64,000 bases of DNA from Squalus acanthias (Eukaryota). How positions within the stretch are numbered: the first letter of the stretch is position 1; each line of letters begins with the position of its first letter. Made by a program: the position numbers and the translations under genes. The notes beneath the pieces are model-generated. The model saw only the letters and a list, made by a program, of their open reading frames with translations. It had not been told where the DNA came from and searched no databases. This document shows positions 24,541 to 36,968 of the stretch, piece by piece. Where the stretch lies: NCBI GenBank assembly GCA_030390025.1, contig CM059433.1:13084001-13148000 (forward strand), in the 5' to 3' direction.

Positions 24541-26274
24541 CGTGCCACGGCTTTGATCCTCTGCTCTACTGAGTCCGCACTACTGTGCTTTGCATCCCTC
24601 CCTCCACTCCACTCCACTCCACTCTGTATGGCAGAGTCCTCGGCCATCTTGGCTGTACAGTGGAATTCCCTCCCTTACCTTGTACAGTGTACCTTCCGTA
24701 GAGTACCACTGCATGGATACCAGAGTGGTACATTTATATAGTGAGTGGACTTAGCTGTAGAAAGCTCGTGACAAAATTGGGAGTGTGTTACTTCTGACTC
24801 GGAACTTGAGTTATTCGTGAGGGTTGATTTTTGTTTTGAAGAATAATAATAGATGTTAGAACACAATGCCTGCATCCTCTAAAATTGGGATATACAGCCG
24901 TTGGTTTGCAGGCCAACAGTGGCCCACGAGCTCCTTTGATCTTGCCATTTTCTTTGTGCTTGTGCACAAACCCAACTTCAGCAGCTTTGGATTTCAACTC
25001 TTTGAAGTTCCCAGGTCTGCAGGGCTTGGAAAAAAACTGCTCCTTGATTGGCTAATTCCAGCATGCTGTAAAAATGTCACTTGGGTGCAGACTGAATGTT
25101 CAGACGTGACAAGTCGTGCTTTCATGTGATCAAGAGAGTTAATCAGCGTTCGATCTAAGTAGGCATTGGTTCCTCCGAGTTGGAGAAGGAACGAGCTGGA
25201 TCAGGCTATTGGAGACTATGGAAAAGTGCAGCACGTAATCATTTTGCTTCTTTGTTGATCCTCACAGTGGCAATCAAAGGAAGCTGGCGAGGAATGCAGT
25301 GAATGTCGGAGTTGATGGTTGTAGCTGGCATTCTTAAAATTACCGTTTCCCCTTATGTCCTGTCCTGATGGTGCCGACTCTTGTTGGCGTATGGTTCCAC
25401 AGATGCCAGCAATCCTCCAGTTATTTGTGTGAGTGTTGAAAGGCAATTCACCATGGGCTGACCTGATCATCATCTCGGCTGATTTTTTTAATTCCACACC
25501 TCCCTTTCCAGGGAACACTTAAGCCAGTTGTCTCATTCCCCCACTGCCATTCTGTTTAATTTGGTACGGAGCAGGATCGAATTTTAGACATTCCTAATTT
25601 GTCGGTCACAGTATCACACTGTCTGGTGTATTTGCCCACTAAGTGAAGATTTAAGAAGTCCAGGGGTTGGACTTTGAAACCCTAAATGTCTGATTTAAGC
25701 TTTAAGTGCATTTAAAAGATATTGTTTTGGTATAATGTTTGTGAAAGTCCCAATCAGGGGGAGGGGGGAAAAGGAAAAATGCAGATTCCTGCATCTTAAT
25801 TATAGACAGTTCAATGAAATCTATCAGTTTAAAGAGATTGGACTGCTTCTCTGCAGAGATTTTTTTCCAAGGAGTGGAAAAAACAGAAGTTAATCAGAAA
25901 TTACCGTGATTTAGAATTCATGAACATTAATCGACATTAAGTGAGTGTTTGTGGCTCAATTGGTTTAAAAAAGTTGCCCCATTCTTAGAGGCTCATCTGC
26001 TTAAATGATGAACTTTGTTTGCAGAGCCAGACTCCAATTGTGCTGCATTGCTCTTGAGCTGTTTATGTAGTTAGTAACTGTTACTGTGGAGGCATACACA
26101 CTGAGCGAATGGGAAATGTTCGTAACATTACATCAGACTTTCAATTAATGACCTCACACTCTCCTGCTTTATGCTTTTATTTTTATTTTTTTGCTTCTAC
26201 AGAGCTCCTGGTCAGCGCTGCCAGTTTCTCTAGGAGGTGAATGAGGGCATCATGGGGGATTTTGGAGTGGTTGC

Positions 26275-26690
26275 ATCGGATTACATGGGATATACTGCTC
26301 AGAAACAGGCCATTCGACCCAACCAGTCCATGCCGGCGTTTATGCTCCACTCGAGCCGCCTCCTGTCTTTCCTCATCTAAATCTATCAGCGTAACCCTCT
26401 ATCCCCTTCTCCCTCATATGCTTGTCCAGCCTCCCCTTAAATGCATCTATACTATTCGCTTCAACCACTCCCTGTGGTAGCGAGTTCCACATTCTCACCA
26501 CTCTTGGGGTAAAGAAGTTTCTTCTGAATTCCCTATTGGATTTCTTGGTGACTATCTTATATTGATGGCCTCTAGTTATGCTCTTCCCCACAAGTGGAAA
26601 CATTCTCTCTGTATCCACTCTCAACATTTTTCATAATGTTAAAGACCTCTATTAGGTCACCCCCCCTCAGCCTTTTTTCAAGAGAAAATG
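26275..26690 (-). mobile_element. CR1 3' fragment
   Basis: RMFPLVGKSITRGHQYKIV..FFTPRVVRMWNSLP. Confidence 0.8.
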
Positions 26691-27859
26691 TGGTTGTTTA
26701 TCTCCAACGCCCCGACCTCAAATGACCTGACTGCAATTGCAAATTGAATAAACCTTTTTAAAATTTGGATACGACACAATATTGTGATTTGCATGAAGGA
26801 AACCGTCCTCTAAAGGAAACTGAAATCCTACATTACGCGGGTGAAATGACTTATTCTTGGGCTGTTGCAGATTTTGGGTTCGCAGCTGAAATATTTCTTA
26901 AAATGAAAGGCAGTGAGCTAGCGATGCCAGTTAAGTAGTACTGTGATGATTGGGCCCCCATTTTAAATGTAGTTTGGCTGCAAGACAAAAGTAAAATGGG
27001 AACAACACACGTACAACAGTATAAGATCGGTTTTCTGTTAATTTTGGGTCGAGTTCCAGGTATCAAATGTAGAAAAAAAAAATGGCCTTCATTTTTATTC
27101 CATGGCTGGTTGCAAATGCTTTCGTCCAACGACTGTTCAAAAAAATAAATAGGCTGTGCTAACTTACTTTTCCCTCTTCCTCTCGGACCTCTTTAAAATG
27201 CTTATTATTACTATTCACTGGGCATGAAATAGTGTTGGAGTGGCTGCAGAGTATGTCGAAAAAGCAAAACTGGTTGTTTCGTGCACTGTTTCAACTTTAC
27301 TATCTCCAGTACTTTTGGAAAGGATTTTTACGCTGCAAAAAGACAAAAAACTGATTTCATGAGAATGGAATATATTTCAGTTAAGTATTTGTTAGATGTG
27401 CAGCAGCAGTGTCTATGATCCTTGTGGCCAAGAACCATAAAATTGAATGCAGGATTGAGAATACTTCATGTTTGGGTAAATCACTGCAGGCTGAATTTCA
27501 TGCTGACATGGGGTTTTGAGCTAAAGCAGATTTCTATTCTGAATTTGGAACAGCTTGGTCTTGTTTAATATTATGTGTAGAATAACAATTGGCCAATGGA
27601 GATTAATTGTGTGTGGTCCCAACTTTTCTTGCCACTTGTGTGAAAACAAGACCAAAACTGTCTTCATCCTCTTGTCCATTGTTTTGTATAATTAAGATAT
27701 AATTTTTTTTTAACGAAATAACAGTCTGCTCAACAGGGAGGGGTGTCCAAACTGGCACGTCAGTGATCAAAAACACAATTAGTATATGGCAATGCTCTCT
27801 TTCCCCCGTTCTCTTTTTCCCCCCCCCCCTGCCCCTCCCCAATCTCCCTCCCACCATCT

Positions 27860-28215
27860 TCAAAAAATGATAGGTGGAGGCACTCCTGATCGTGGAAGTG
27901 AACTGTACAGATCAGCACAAAGGTCCTGGGTTAATGGATAAGGGATCTGGAGTAGGGAAGGGGACAACAAATGGCCCCACTGCCCCTGAACTATGGACGG
28001 GGGAAGGAGGGAAATCAGCCAGGGTTCCCAGTCCTCCGTGTTGCCCAGTGACTCCTGTTTGGCCATATGCTTATGTGGACGTTGGGTGAGTGTAGGATTG
28101 GGTCAGCAGTTGAATAGCCTGCCATTGCTTGCTGATGAGCATTGCATACTAAGACTGGCTACATTGGCAAGGTACCAGTAGGAACTGTACAGCAGCATAT
28201 GTTAGCACCTTCAGG
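27860..28215 (+). mobile_element. Old unassigned SINE-like repeat
   Basis: Partial similarity to the reverse complement of 15700-15985. Confidence 0.35.
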
Positions 28216-28620
28216 AGGGTATGAGAGAAGTTTGAGGGGTAATGAGAAGAGAATGTTATTTTTTTAAGGTGCAGGCAGGTGGCATTCTGACTTGAAATTA
28301 ATAATCTGCACAATGTCAAAAGGGAATATAGGACCTTATTTATGCAACAACAACAACAACTTGTATTTATATAGCACCTTTAACTTAGTAAAACGTCCCA
28401 AGGTGCTGCACAGGAGTATTTTAAGACAACAAATTTGACACCGATCCACATAAGGATAAATTAGGGCAAGTGACCAAAAGCTTGGTCAAAGAGATAGGTT
28501 TTAAGGGTGTCTTAAAGGAGGAAAGAGAGGTAGAGAGGCAAAGAGGTTTAGGCAGGGAATTCCAGAGCTCCGGGCCTAGGCAACAGAAGGCACGGCCACC
28601 AATGGTTGAGTGATTATATT

Positions 28621-28916
28621 GAGAGGTCGCACAACACCAGGTTATAGTCCAACAGTTTTATTTGAAATCACAAGCTTTCGGAGCTATCGATTGCCCCTTC
28701 CTCAGGTGAAGTAAATAGATACAGAATCGCCAAAGCATATATAGATAGACAACAAAGCATGTGTACCTTACATGCTTGTGTACCTTACATGAGGAAGGGG
28801 CAATCGATAGCTCCGAAAGCTTGTGATTTCAAATAAAACTGTTGGACTATAACCTGGTGTTGTGCGACCTCTCAATTTTGTCCACCCCAGTCCAACACCG
28901 GCATCTCCGCATCATG
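28621..28916 (+). mobile_element. Penelope-like family 1 element with inverted terminal segment
   Basis: Inverted arms of about 85 bp; TSD tgagtgattata(t/c)t at 28607-28620 and 28915-28928. Confidence 0.85.
28668..28709 (-). ncRNA. Minimal type I hammerhead ribozyme motif
   Basis: tcac-CTGAGGA-a-ggggc aatcgata gctcc-GAAA-gctt-gtga. Confidence 0.75.
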
Positions 28917-29646
28917 AGTGATTATACTCAGGGATGCTGAAGAGGGCAGAATTAGAGGAGCGCAGATATCTCGGGGGAGGGGGGGGGTGGCGGTGGGCAT
29001 TGTGGGACTGAAGGAGATTACAGAGATAGGGAGGGGCGAGGCCATGAAGGGATTTGAAAACAAGGATGAGAATTTTGAAATCGAGGCGCTGCTTAACCGG
29101 GAGCCAATGTTGGTCAGCACTGCCATAGTTGCACTCAGTGTACAGGATGTATGTCATGGGTTCACACCAAGTGTTTTTCTGACAGTGGCGAGGTTAATAG
29201 TTCTGACAAATGCTGAGAGATTATGCTTTTACTCAGTGCATTCCTTTGGGAAGCAGTTCAAAGAATTTTAACACCGTCTTGTTGCACTGGGTACATTTAC
29301 ATGTGGTAAATGGCTTTCTTGTCTGTGGCGAGCAAAATTCAATTAGCCTTCGCCTCCTTCCAAAGAATAAATGGTTGTCATTACTATTCTCTGATGGCCA
29401 GACTGTTCTCCAGTTCTTCCAATGTTTTCACTAGTTGAACAAAATCTAGCTGAAAAGCTTAAAACTATTCAATTGTCATACAGTCAGAAACTGTTGAACT
29501 GAACACTTATCCGAGCTGGCGCTTATCTAAACTGGTTGGACCTTGTGTACAGTTGTTTCATTGTACCATATAACCATTTAGGTGCTGAAGTAATACCAAA
29601 ATGTCACTATAATATTCAAGATACTCAATATCCAATATTCAAAGGG

Positions 29647-31436
29647 GGGGGGTGGAATTAAATTCGGAGCAGCTCCCTCCTTGCCAGATCCACGCTGCAC
29701 ACACGCCATGTGCAAATAGGCGCATTTCGGGCAGTGTGCGAGGCACTTGCGCCAGGCAGGCGGGGGCTTCATTGCCATTCAAATGTCGGGGTCTGATGAT
29801 GTATTTCACGCCCCCCCCCCCCCCCCCTCACCAAAAAGCATTTTAACCTGGAGCAGCGCATCTGACGCTTGGTGCTGGCCTTGCCAGGAACAGCGGGCGC
29901 CAAGGAGCAGCAGGCCCAGAAGAGGGCCAACAAGGTTAAGAACATAAGAACATAAGAAATAGGAGCAGGAGTAGGCCAATCGGCCCTTCGAGCCTGCTCC
30001 GCCATTCAATAAGATCATGGCTGATCTGATCCTCACCTCAAATCTAAAGAACACAAGAAGTAGGAGCAGGACCCGGCCACTCAGCCCCTGGGCCCGCTCC
30101 GCCACCCACAGGGCCTCGACCGATCCGAACTCAGCCTCATGTCCAATTTCCTGCCCGCTCCCCGTAACCCCTAATTCCCTTTACTTCTAGGAAACTGTCT
30201 ATTTCTGTTTTAAATTTATTTAATGATGTAGCTTCCACAGCTTCCTGGGGCAGCAAATTCCACAGACCTACGACCCTCTGAGTGAAGAAGTTTCTCCTCA
30301 TCTCAGTTTTGAAAGAGCAGCCCCTTATTCTAAGATTATGCCCCTTCGTTCTAGTTTCACCCATCCTTGGGAACATCCTTACCGCATCCACCCGATCAAG
30401 CCCCTTCACAATCTTATATGTTTCAATAAGATCGCCTCTCATTCTTCTGAACTCCAATGAGTAGAGTCCCAATCTACTCAACCTCTCCTCGTATGTCCAC
30501 CCCCTCATCCCGGGGATTAACCGAGTGAACCTTCTTTGTACTGCCTCGAGAGCAAGTATGTCTTTTCTTAAGTATGGATACCAAAACTGTACGCAGTATT
30601 CCAGGTGCGGTCTCACCAATACCTTATTTAACTGCAGCAATACCTCCCTGTTTTTATAATCTATCCCCCTAGCAATAAAAGCCAACATTCCGTTGGCCTT
30701 CTTGATCACCTGCTGCACCTGCATACTAACTTTTTGATTTTCTTGCACTAGGACCCCCAGATCCCTTTGTACTGCAGTACTTTCCAGTTTCTCGCCATTA
30801 AGATAATAACTTGCTCTCTGATTTTTCCTGCCAAAGTGCATAACCTCACATTTTCCAATATTGTATTGCATCTGCCAAATCTCCGCCCACTCACCCAGCC
30901 TGTCTATATCCCCTTGTAGGTTTTTTATGTCCTCCTCACTTTCTACTTTCCCTCCCATCTTTGTATCATCTGCAAACTTTGATATGTTACACTCGGTCCC
31001 CTCCTCCAAATCGTTAATATAGATTGTAAAGAGTTGGGGACCCAGCACCGACCCCTGCGGAACACCACTGGCTACTAGTTGCCAGTCCGAGTTAGTTAAT
31101 TTTATTCTTTTAAACGTTTCCTTTTGGGCCAGGAGGAGCAGGAGTACTCCTCTGGATCCCCCAAGGAAACCGAGGGCTTCCCTTACCTGGGCTTCCCTCC
31201 CATTCTCTTTTCTCCCCCCGCCCCCCCAATCCATTTACCTGACTGCCGGGGAACGTTTCCACGGGACTCCGACTGCGGCCTCAGCGACTCCTGCTCGCAA
31301 GCCTCAGGTCATTGATGCCGGGTCCGGGCGAGATCAGTGCCTGTTGTCTTTAAATGCAGCCCGGGATTTAAAACGGGTTGGGGGCTCACGTTGGCCAGCC
31401 AGGCCCCCGCCGGCCCTCGTGCTTAAAATCTGGGCT
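29647..31436. mobile_element. Probable TIR element hosting a CR1 insertion
   Basis: Right end aaaatctgggc resembles the TIRs of the other MITEs; GC-rich segments flank the CR1. Confidence 0.4.
29934..31090 (-). mobile_element. Young CR1/HER1 3' fragment (RT C-terminal half)
   Basis: Open frame from SGVPQGSVLGP..KFADDTK..RPHLEYCVQFW to the stop; duplicated 3' UTR. The N-terminus of the listed 365-aa ORF is flanking read-through. Confidence 0.92.
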
Positions 31437-32454
31437 GCAGGGGCTATAATTAAGCACCTGATAAGTAGGTGAACGTCGGGGAATTACAGATTAACTTAAC
31501 ATCCATTGTAGGGAAATACTCGAGACTACTTTTATGGGATTCTGTCATGTCCATCTAAAAATGTACACAGGCCATAAGGTCTGATTAGTTTTTGAAGTAT
31601 TAGATCAGAAACACCAATCTACTGGAATTCTTTTGAAAGGGTAACGGAATTCTAAGTAAATTGTGTGCATGAGGATGGATGTGGCCTATTGAATAATGTA
31701 TTTAATTTATGAAGCTGATTGACTGAGCTTCGCATGTGAGAAGACGAAGGCTCATGCATTAATTCAGACTCAAAAGTTGAGGACTCTTTTTCATATTCAA
31801 ATTTAAAGCCATCCACATATCTGTTGTTGCTTCATCTAATTGTCCCTGAACACCCAGTTCTTTTGCTTCGGTCAACTGAGCACTCACCTTCTCATGTTCT
31901 TTGCAGTGTCTCCCCCTCAACTCAAAGGCCACTCGTCAATGAAGCCTATATCTTACTCCCTCAATCCCCTTTCATCCCAGCTCCTCCCTCATCACCTAAC
32001 TTCTTAGCCCCATGCTTGCCAACATTCTCAAACTGTCTGGCATTGTACCTTCTTTAAGATCACCATTATCATTTCCCTCCTCAGGGAGTCAACTCTCAAC
32101 CTTTCCATTCTTTCCAAATGTTAGTCCTATCTGCAACCTAGTCTTTCTTTTGTTCCAGAATTCTGGAATTCATTGTTGCCTCACAACTAGGCTCCCACCA
32201 TTCCTTGTTCCAGCCCCTCCAGTCCAGCTGCAGCCCCATCTACAATGCACGAGTCGTCATAAATGCCATCCTGTGCAGTTCTGACCATGGCGAGCCACTG
32301 CTCATCCACCAATCTATCTCCCTCTCTTTTTCTCTCTCTCTCTTTCTAGTCTTTTTCTCTCTTTCTTGTCTCTGCCTTTTTCTTTCTCTTGTCTCTCCTT
32401 TCTCTTGCTCTTTTTTCTGCCTCCATCCCCCGCTCTCTTGTCCACACCTCTCCC

Positions 32455-34215
32455 TAGAATCTTAAAAAGGTTACAGCACCGAAGGAGGCCATTCGGCCCG
32501 TCGAGCCCATGCCGGCTCTCTGCAAGAGCACCGAGGCTAGTCCCACTCCCCCGCCCTTTCCCCGTAGCCCTGCAATTTTTTTTCCTTCAGGTACTTATCC
32601 AATTCCCTTTTGAAAGCCACAATTGAGTCTGCCTCCACCACCCTTTCAGGCAGTGCATTCCAGATCCTAACCACTCGCTGTGGTTAAAAAAATGTTTTTC
32701 CTCATGTCGCCTTTGGTTCTTCTGCCAATCACCTTAAATCTGTGTCGTCTTGTTCTCGACTCTTCTGCCAATGGGAACAGTTTCTCTCTCTCTACTCTGT
32801 CCAGACCCCTCATGATTTTGAATACCTCTATCAAATCTCCTCTCAACCTTCTCTGCTGTAAGGAGAACAACCCCAGCTTCTCCAGTCTATCCACGTAACT
32901 GAAGTCCCTCATCCCTGGAATTATTCTCGTAAATCTTTTCTGTACCCTCTATAAAGCCTTCGCATCCTTCCTAAAGTGTGGTGTCCAGTATTGGACACAA
33001 TTCTCCAGTTGAGGCCGAACCAGTGTTTTATAAAGGTTCATCATGACTTCCTTGCTTTTGTACTCTATGGGCTGGATTTTCATTGACCCGTGGAGGCGGG
33101 TTTGGAGGCGTGTGGGGGGTTAAAATTGCGAAAACTGGCGGGCGGGCACAAGTCCGCCTCCATCCCGCCTCCACGCAATTTTCATTAAATCGTGTCTGCT
33201 GGTCCCGACTCTGTCCCACCTCTAAGAGGCGGGATAGGCTGTTAAGGCCCTTAACAAGCACTAAATTGCCTCTATAATGCCATTTTGAAAGGCTTTTGTG
33301 ATTTTTAACCCTTTTTCTACGTGAAGCACGCCTGTTCTGAACCACGAATGTGAAACCTGGCGGGAGCACATTTGGATAGCTGACTATAGCTGGCCAGGTT
33401 TCACATTTGGCTGGCTGGCTATGGGGATGCATATATGGACGGCTATGTGGATGGATGTATATATGGATGGATGGAGAGGAGACATATCTGGGAGTGGTGG
33501 TGTAAAAATATCTGGGAGCAGACTTAGGGCTGCTGCTGCTCATTTTGCATCCAGGTCCTCTCACAGCAAAGGCCAGGCAGTCTTTGCAGACCTTCAATGC
33601 AGCAGCAATGATGACATCATCAGAGGCAACTTTCAGACTGAAACCACGAATTGGGTCATGGGTTCCCACATGCTGGAACTCAATTGCCCAATTAGGTGAA
33701 AATCGCATCAATCTCCCACATCCAATTGCAGTCGGGTGGATAACACAAAGTGGATGACACGACCCCAACCCGCCCCAGTATCAAAATCCAGCCCTATGCC
33801 TCTGTTTATGAAGCCCAGGATCCTGTATGCTTTTTGTAACTGCTTTCTCAACCTACCCTGCCACCTTCAATGATTTGTGCACATATACCCCCAGGTATCT
33901 CTGTTCAGGCACTCCCCTTTAGAATTATACCCTTTTAGTTTGTATTGCCTCTCCTCGTTCTTCCTGCCAAAATATATCACTTCACACTTTTCTGCGTTAA
34001 ATTGCATCTGCCACGTGTCCGCCCATTCCACCAGCCTGTCTGTGTCCTCTTGAAGTCTATCACTATCCTCCTCACTGTTCACTATACTTCCAAGTTTTGT
34101 GTCATCTGCAAATTTTGAAATTGTACCCTGTACACCCACGTCCAAATCATTAATATTTATCAAGAAAAGCAGTGGTCCTAGTACCGACCCCTGGGGAACA
34201 CCACTGGATACCTTC
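32455..34215 (-). mobile_element. CR1/HER1 3' fragment interrupted by a MITE
   Basis: SGVPQGSVLGP, KFADDTK and RLEKLGLFSL motifs; CR1 tail at 32455. Confidence 0.88.
33069..33794. mobile_element. Non-autonomous DNA transposon (PIF/Harbinger-like MITE)
   Basis: Perfect 12-bp TIR GGGCTGGATTTT / AAAATCCAGCCC; TSD TAT. Removing it restores the host CR1 sequence. Confidence 0.85.
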
Positions 34216-34347
34216 CTCCAGGGTGGTGTTGCACTCTCTGGCTGTCTGTCTAAAGAGACCTGGATGAGCCCAAATTTCCTCCAAGTTAACATTGGCAAAA
34301 CTGTAGCCATACTGTTTGGCTCCCTTTAGCACCTACACCTAAAGCAT

Positions 34348-34675
34348 CAGCTTAGCTCAGTTAGTATTCTTCACATCGGAGTCAGAAAGCTGTGATTCCA
34401 GGACTTCAGCACATAAGCTGGGCTGACACTTGAGTACAGTGCTACATTGTCAGAGGTGCCATCTTTCCTGTTCAAGTGAATGTAAAAGAATGGCACAAAA
34501 GAGCAGGGTCTTTCTTCAAGTAACATTTGCTGTCTCTGGCACCTTGGTGTGTGCAAACCAGCTGCTTTCATTTGCCAACGTAATCACAGTAACTAGGCTT
34601 CAAAAGTAATTCAATTATGTGAAGCACTTTGGAATGTCCTGAGGATGTGCAAGGCACTATATAAATGCAAGTTCA
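34348..34675 (+). mobile_element. Degraded Deu-type SINE inserted in an old L2
   Basis: Similar to 16805-17260, with internal deletions. L2 remnants lie at about 31820-32290, 34230-34330 and 34680-35410. Confidence 0.65.
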
Positions 34676-36585
34676 TTTGTTTGTTCTTCCTGCCTGTCTC
34701 TGGCCTCAACCCCATCAACCACCTGGCTGCTACCTCGGGCTGGAGTCAGCAGGTGCAGAAGCTGGATGTACTGCTCAATCCTGAGCTCGCTTTTCAACCC
34801 CTCCACCCAACCCATCTGTTCCAATCGGGAGACGGTATTGTTCTACCTCTGGTAATGAGACATAGAGCTAAGGGAGGAGGCAGGCATCGTTTACAGTGAA
34901 GCCCCAGTCCTTGTCTTCATTTCAAGGCTCGGTTTCTTGCCCAGTGCACTCCAGCTACCCCGAACCTCCACAAGTTACAATCCATTCAAAATGCTGCAAG
35001 TCTGTGTCTTCACCTGTACAATGGCTCATTCTCCAGTCGTCCCACTCCTCTACAAGCTCCCCTAGCGAGTTGTCTTAAATTCTTATCCTCGATTTCGAAT
35101 CTCACCAGAGCTTCACTCCACCATGGTGATCTTCCTCAAGCCTTGCATCTGTTTGTGCGTTCTCCCCTTGCCTATCAATGGGCTACTGCTTGTCTTCTGC
35201 TCCACCATTTTGCCTCCTCATTCAGCCGCTGCACTCCTATCCTACCAACTCTGTGCCTAGTTCCCTCTGCTTGCTATCTTCCTCCTTGCTTTTAGAAACT
35301 TCCTCAAAGTCCTCGACCTCATTTTTTCCTTTGTGCCTTCTGTTCGCCTTCCACTGTTCATTTTCCTTCTTCATGTAAAGCACTTTGAAATGTGAGGAGC
35401 TTTATGGAAGTGTAAGTTCTTAACTAGAGAGTTACAAATTAATCAGTTGAATTGAAATTAAGTTGGCAATAGGCAACAGAGAATGGCTATAGATGGAAAG
35501 AGCTGTGGATGATGCAGAGGAAATCAGTGGAGTCTGTTCTGGGTTACTGACGGGGACAGGAATTCAGTGGAACCAGCAGATTTTCAGACTCACAGGTCTT
35601 TACTGAAGGGGATTTTGTTTTACAAGCAGTGCTTTTATAATCAACATTACTCCACGTACATTGTAGTTCTCTGGAGGTAAGATTCAGTTTGGAGCAAGCA
35701 GACCAATCCAAACAGAAGGTGATCTTGTAGGATTTAGAGCTCCAAGCGATTCTTGCTCAGGTCGCCTGTCGGCCTGTATTAAATTAGCTGCTTAATGCTG
35801 TCTGAAGTTTTTCTTTCTGTGTGGTATTAAAAAAGATACTGCATTTAGATTGATACCACTCCACTTATCTTGCTTCATAGCAAAGTTACCCAGGAGTTCT
35901 TTTTTTTGTTGTTGGTTGCAGCAAATAACTGCGATGTTTTATCGAGCCATTTCTGAATGTTGGAACTGCAGTGTAATAATGGGCTTTCAAATTTCATGCA
36001 AAGAAACTCTGGCCCTTATGATTGTATGACAGCGACTGAGTGAAACATACAACTAAGTGCTTCTTGAAGAGCTGACGTTATACAGAAGCGATCTTTGTCT
36101 AAACAACTGCTGAGAGCTGGCACACAACTGGAGAATACAGTACAGATAACATTACAGCCACTGTTGAAGGTTTGAGTAATTTGAGGCCTAACAACTAGTG
36201 GCCTTGCTGTTTCCCCCCGCTGTCGAAGTGTGAAAAGTACAAAGCAGTGTCACTGAAGGACTTGCTCGAAGGCTTTGATTTCAACCATAGTGGTTAGAAT
36301 GTAATTTGAGAAACAGTAAAGACACAGGGGAAAAAAAAATTGTTAGTGGGTAAGCAGGACCCTTATAAGCTCATAACAATTGACTATGATGCAGTGGAAT
36401 GGCATTTTTCTGGAATCTTGGGAAGGAATTCCTGTGCTGATTTGGAGATGACAACCTCATGGTTAATGAATCGAGTACAAATGTCTATGTTCTGGTCTGC
36501 AGGATTATCTTGTGTTTTTTTTTAAGATTAAATGTTCTAAAATATGGGTCTGACAGACAGATGACTATATCTTAGTATATATATT

Positions 36586-36692
36586 GGCCCGTATTTTCCG
36601 ATCCCTACAGATGTGTACACCCCCATAGGGACATCGGAAATGCCGGTTTCAGGAATGCGAAGCGCATGCGCTGAAAACCGGCATTTCCGACC
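36586..36692. mobile_element. Truncated TIR-element end with twin hairpins
   Basis: Starts ggcccgtatttt; same layout as the reverse complement of 60793-60897. Confidence 0.55.
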
Positions 36693-36968
36693 TGTCAACG
36701 TTTCAGGTCGATGACCCTTCCATCCTATCACAGACCTTCCCTTTTGTTCTTTCCTCCCCCCCCACACCCCCCCCACCCCCTTTCCCTGCCCCTACACTTG
36801 CTTAAAAACCTGTTCCATCTCCAGCTTTTTCCAGTTCTGACGAAGGGTCATCGACCTGAAACGTTAACTCTCTGTTTCTCTCTCCACAGATGCTGCCTGG
36901 CCTGCTGAGTATTTCCAGCATTTTCTGCTTTTATTTCAGATTTCCAGCATCCGCAGTATTTTGCTTTT
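36693..36968 (+). mobile_element. Penelope-like family 2 terminus with a short 5' inversion
   Basis: 36693-36722 is an inverted copy of the hammerhead region; the rest matches 5040-5306. Confidence 0.8.
36833..36869 (+). ncRNA. Minimal type I hammerhead ribozyme motif
   Basis: agtt-CTGACGA-a-gggtc atc gacct-GAAA-cgtt-aact. Confidence 0.78.

Larger units (their letters stand above)
28344..29122 (-). mobile_element. L2-type LINE 3' fragment, split by a Penelope-like insertion
   Basis: The two halves join to match 2208-2670. Confidence 0.85.

Noticed and set aside
30047..30140. ADAR or APOBEC hypermutation of the inner CR1 tail
   Set aside because: Substitutions include T>C, A>G and transversions on the same strand, not a single editing signature.
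33028..33768. 246-aa ORF as a transposase or host gene
   Set aside because: No recognisable domain; it crosses a low-complexity tract and the MITE boundary.
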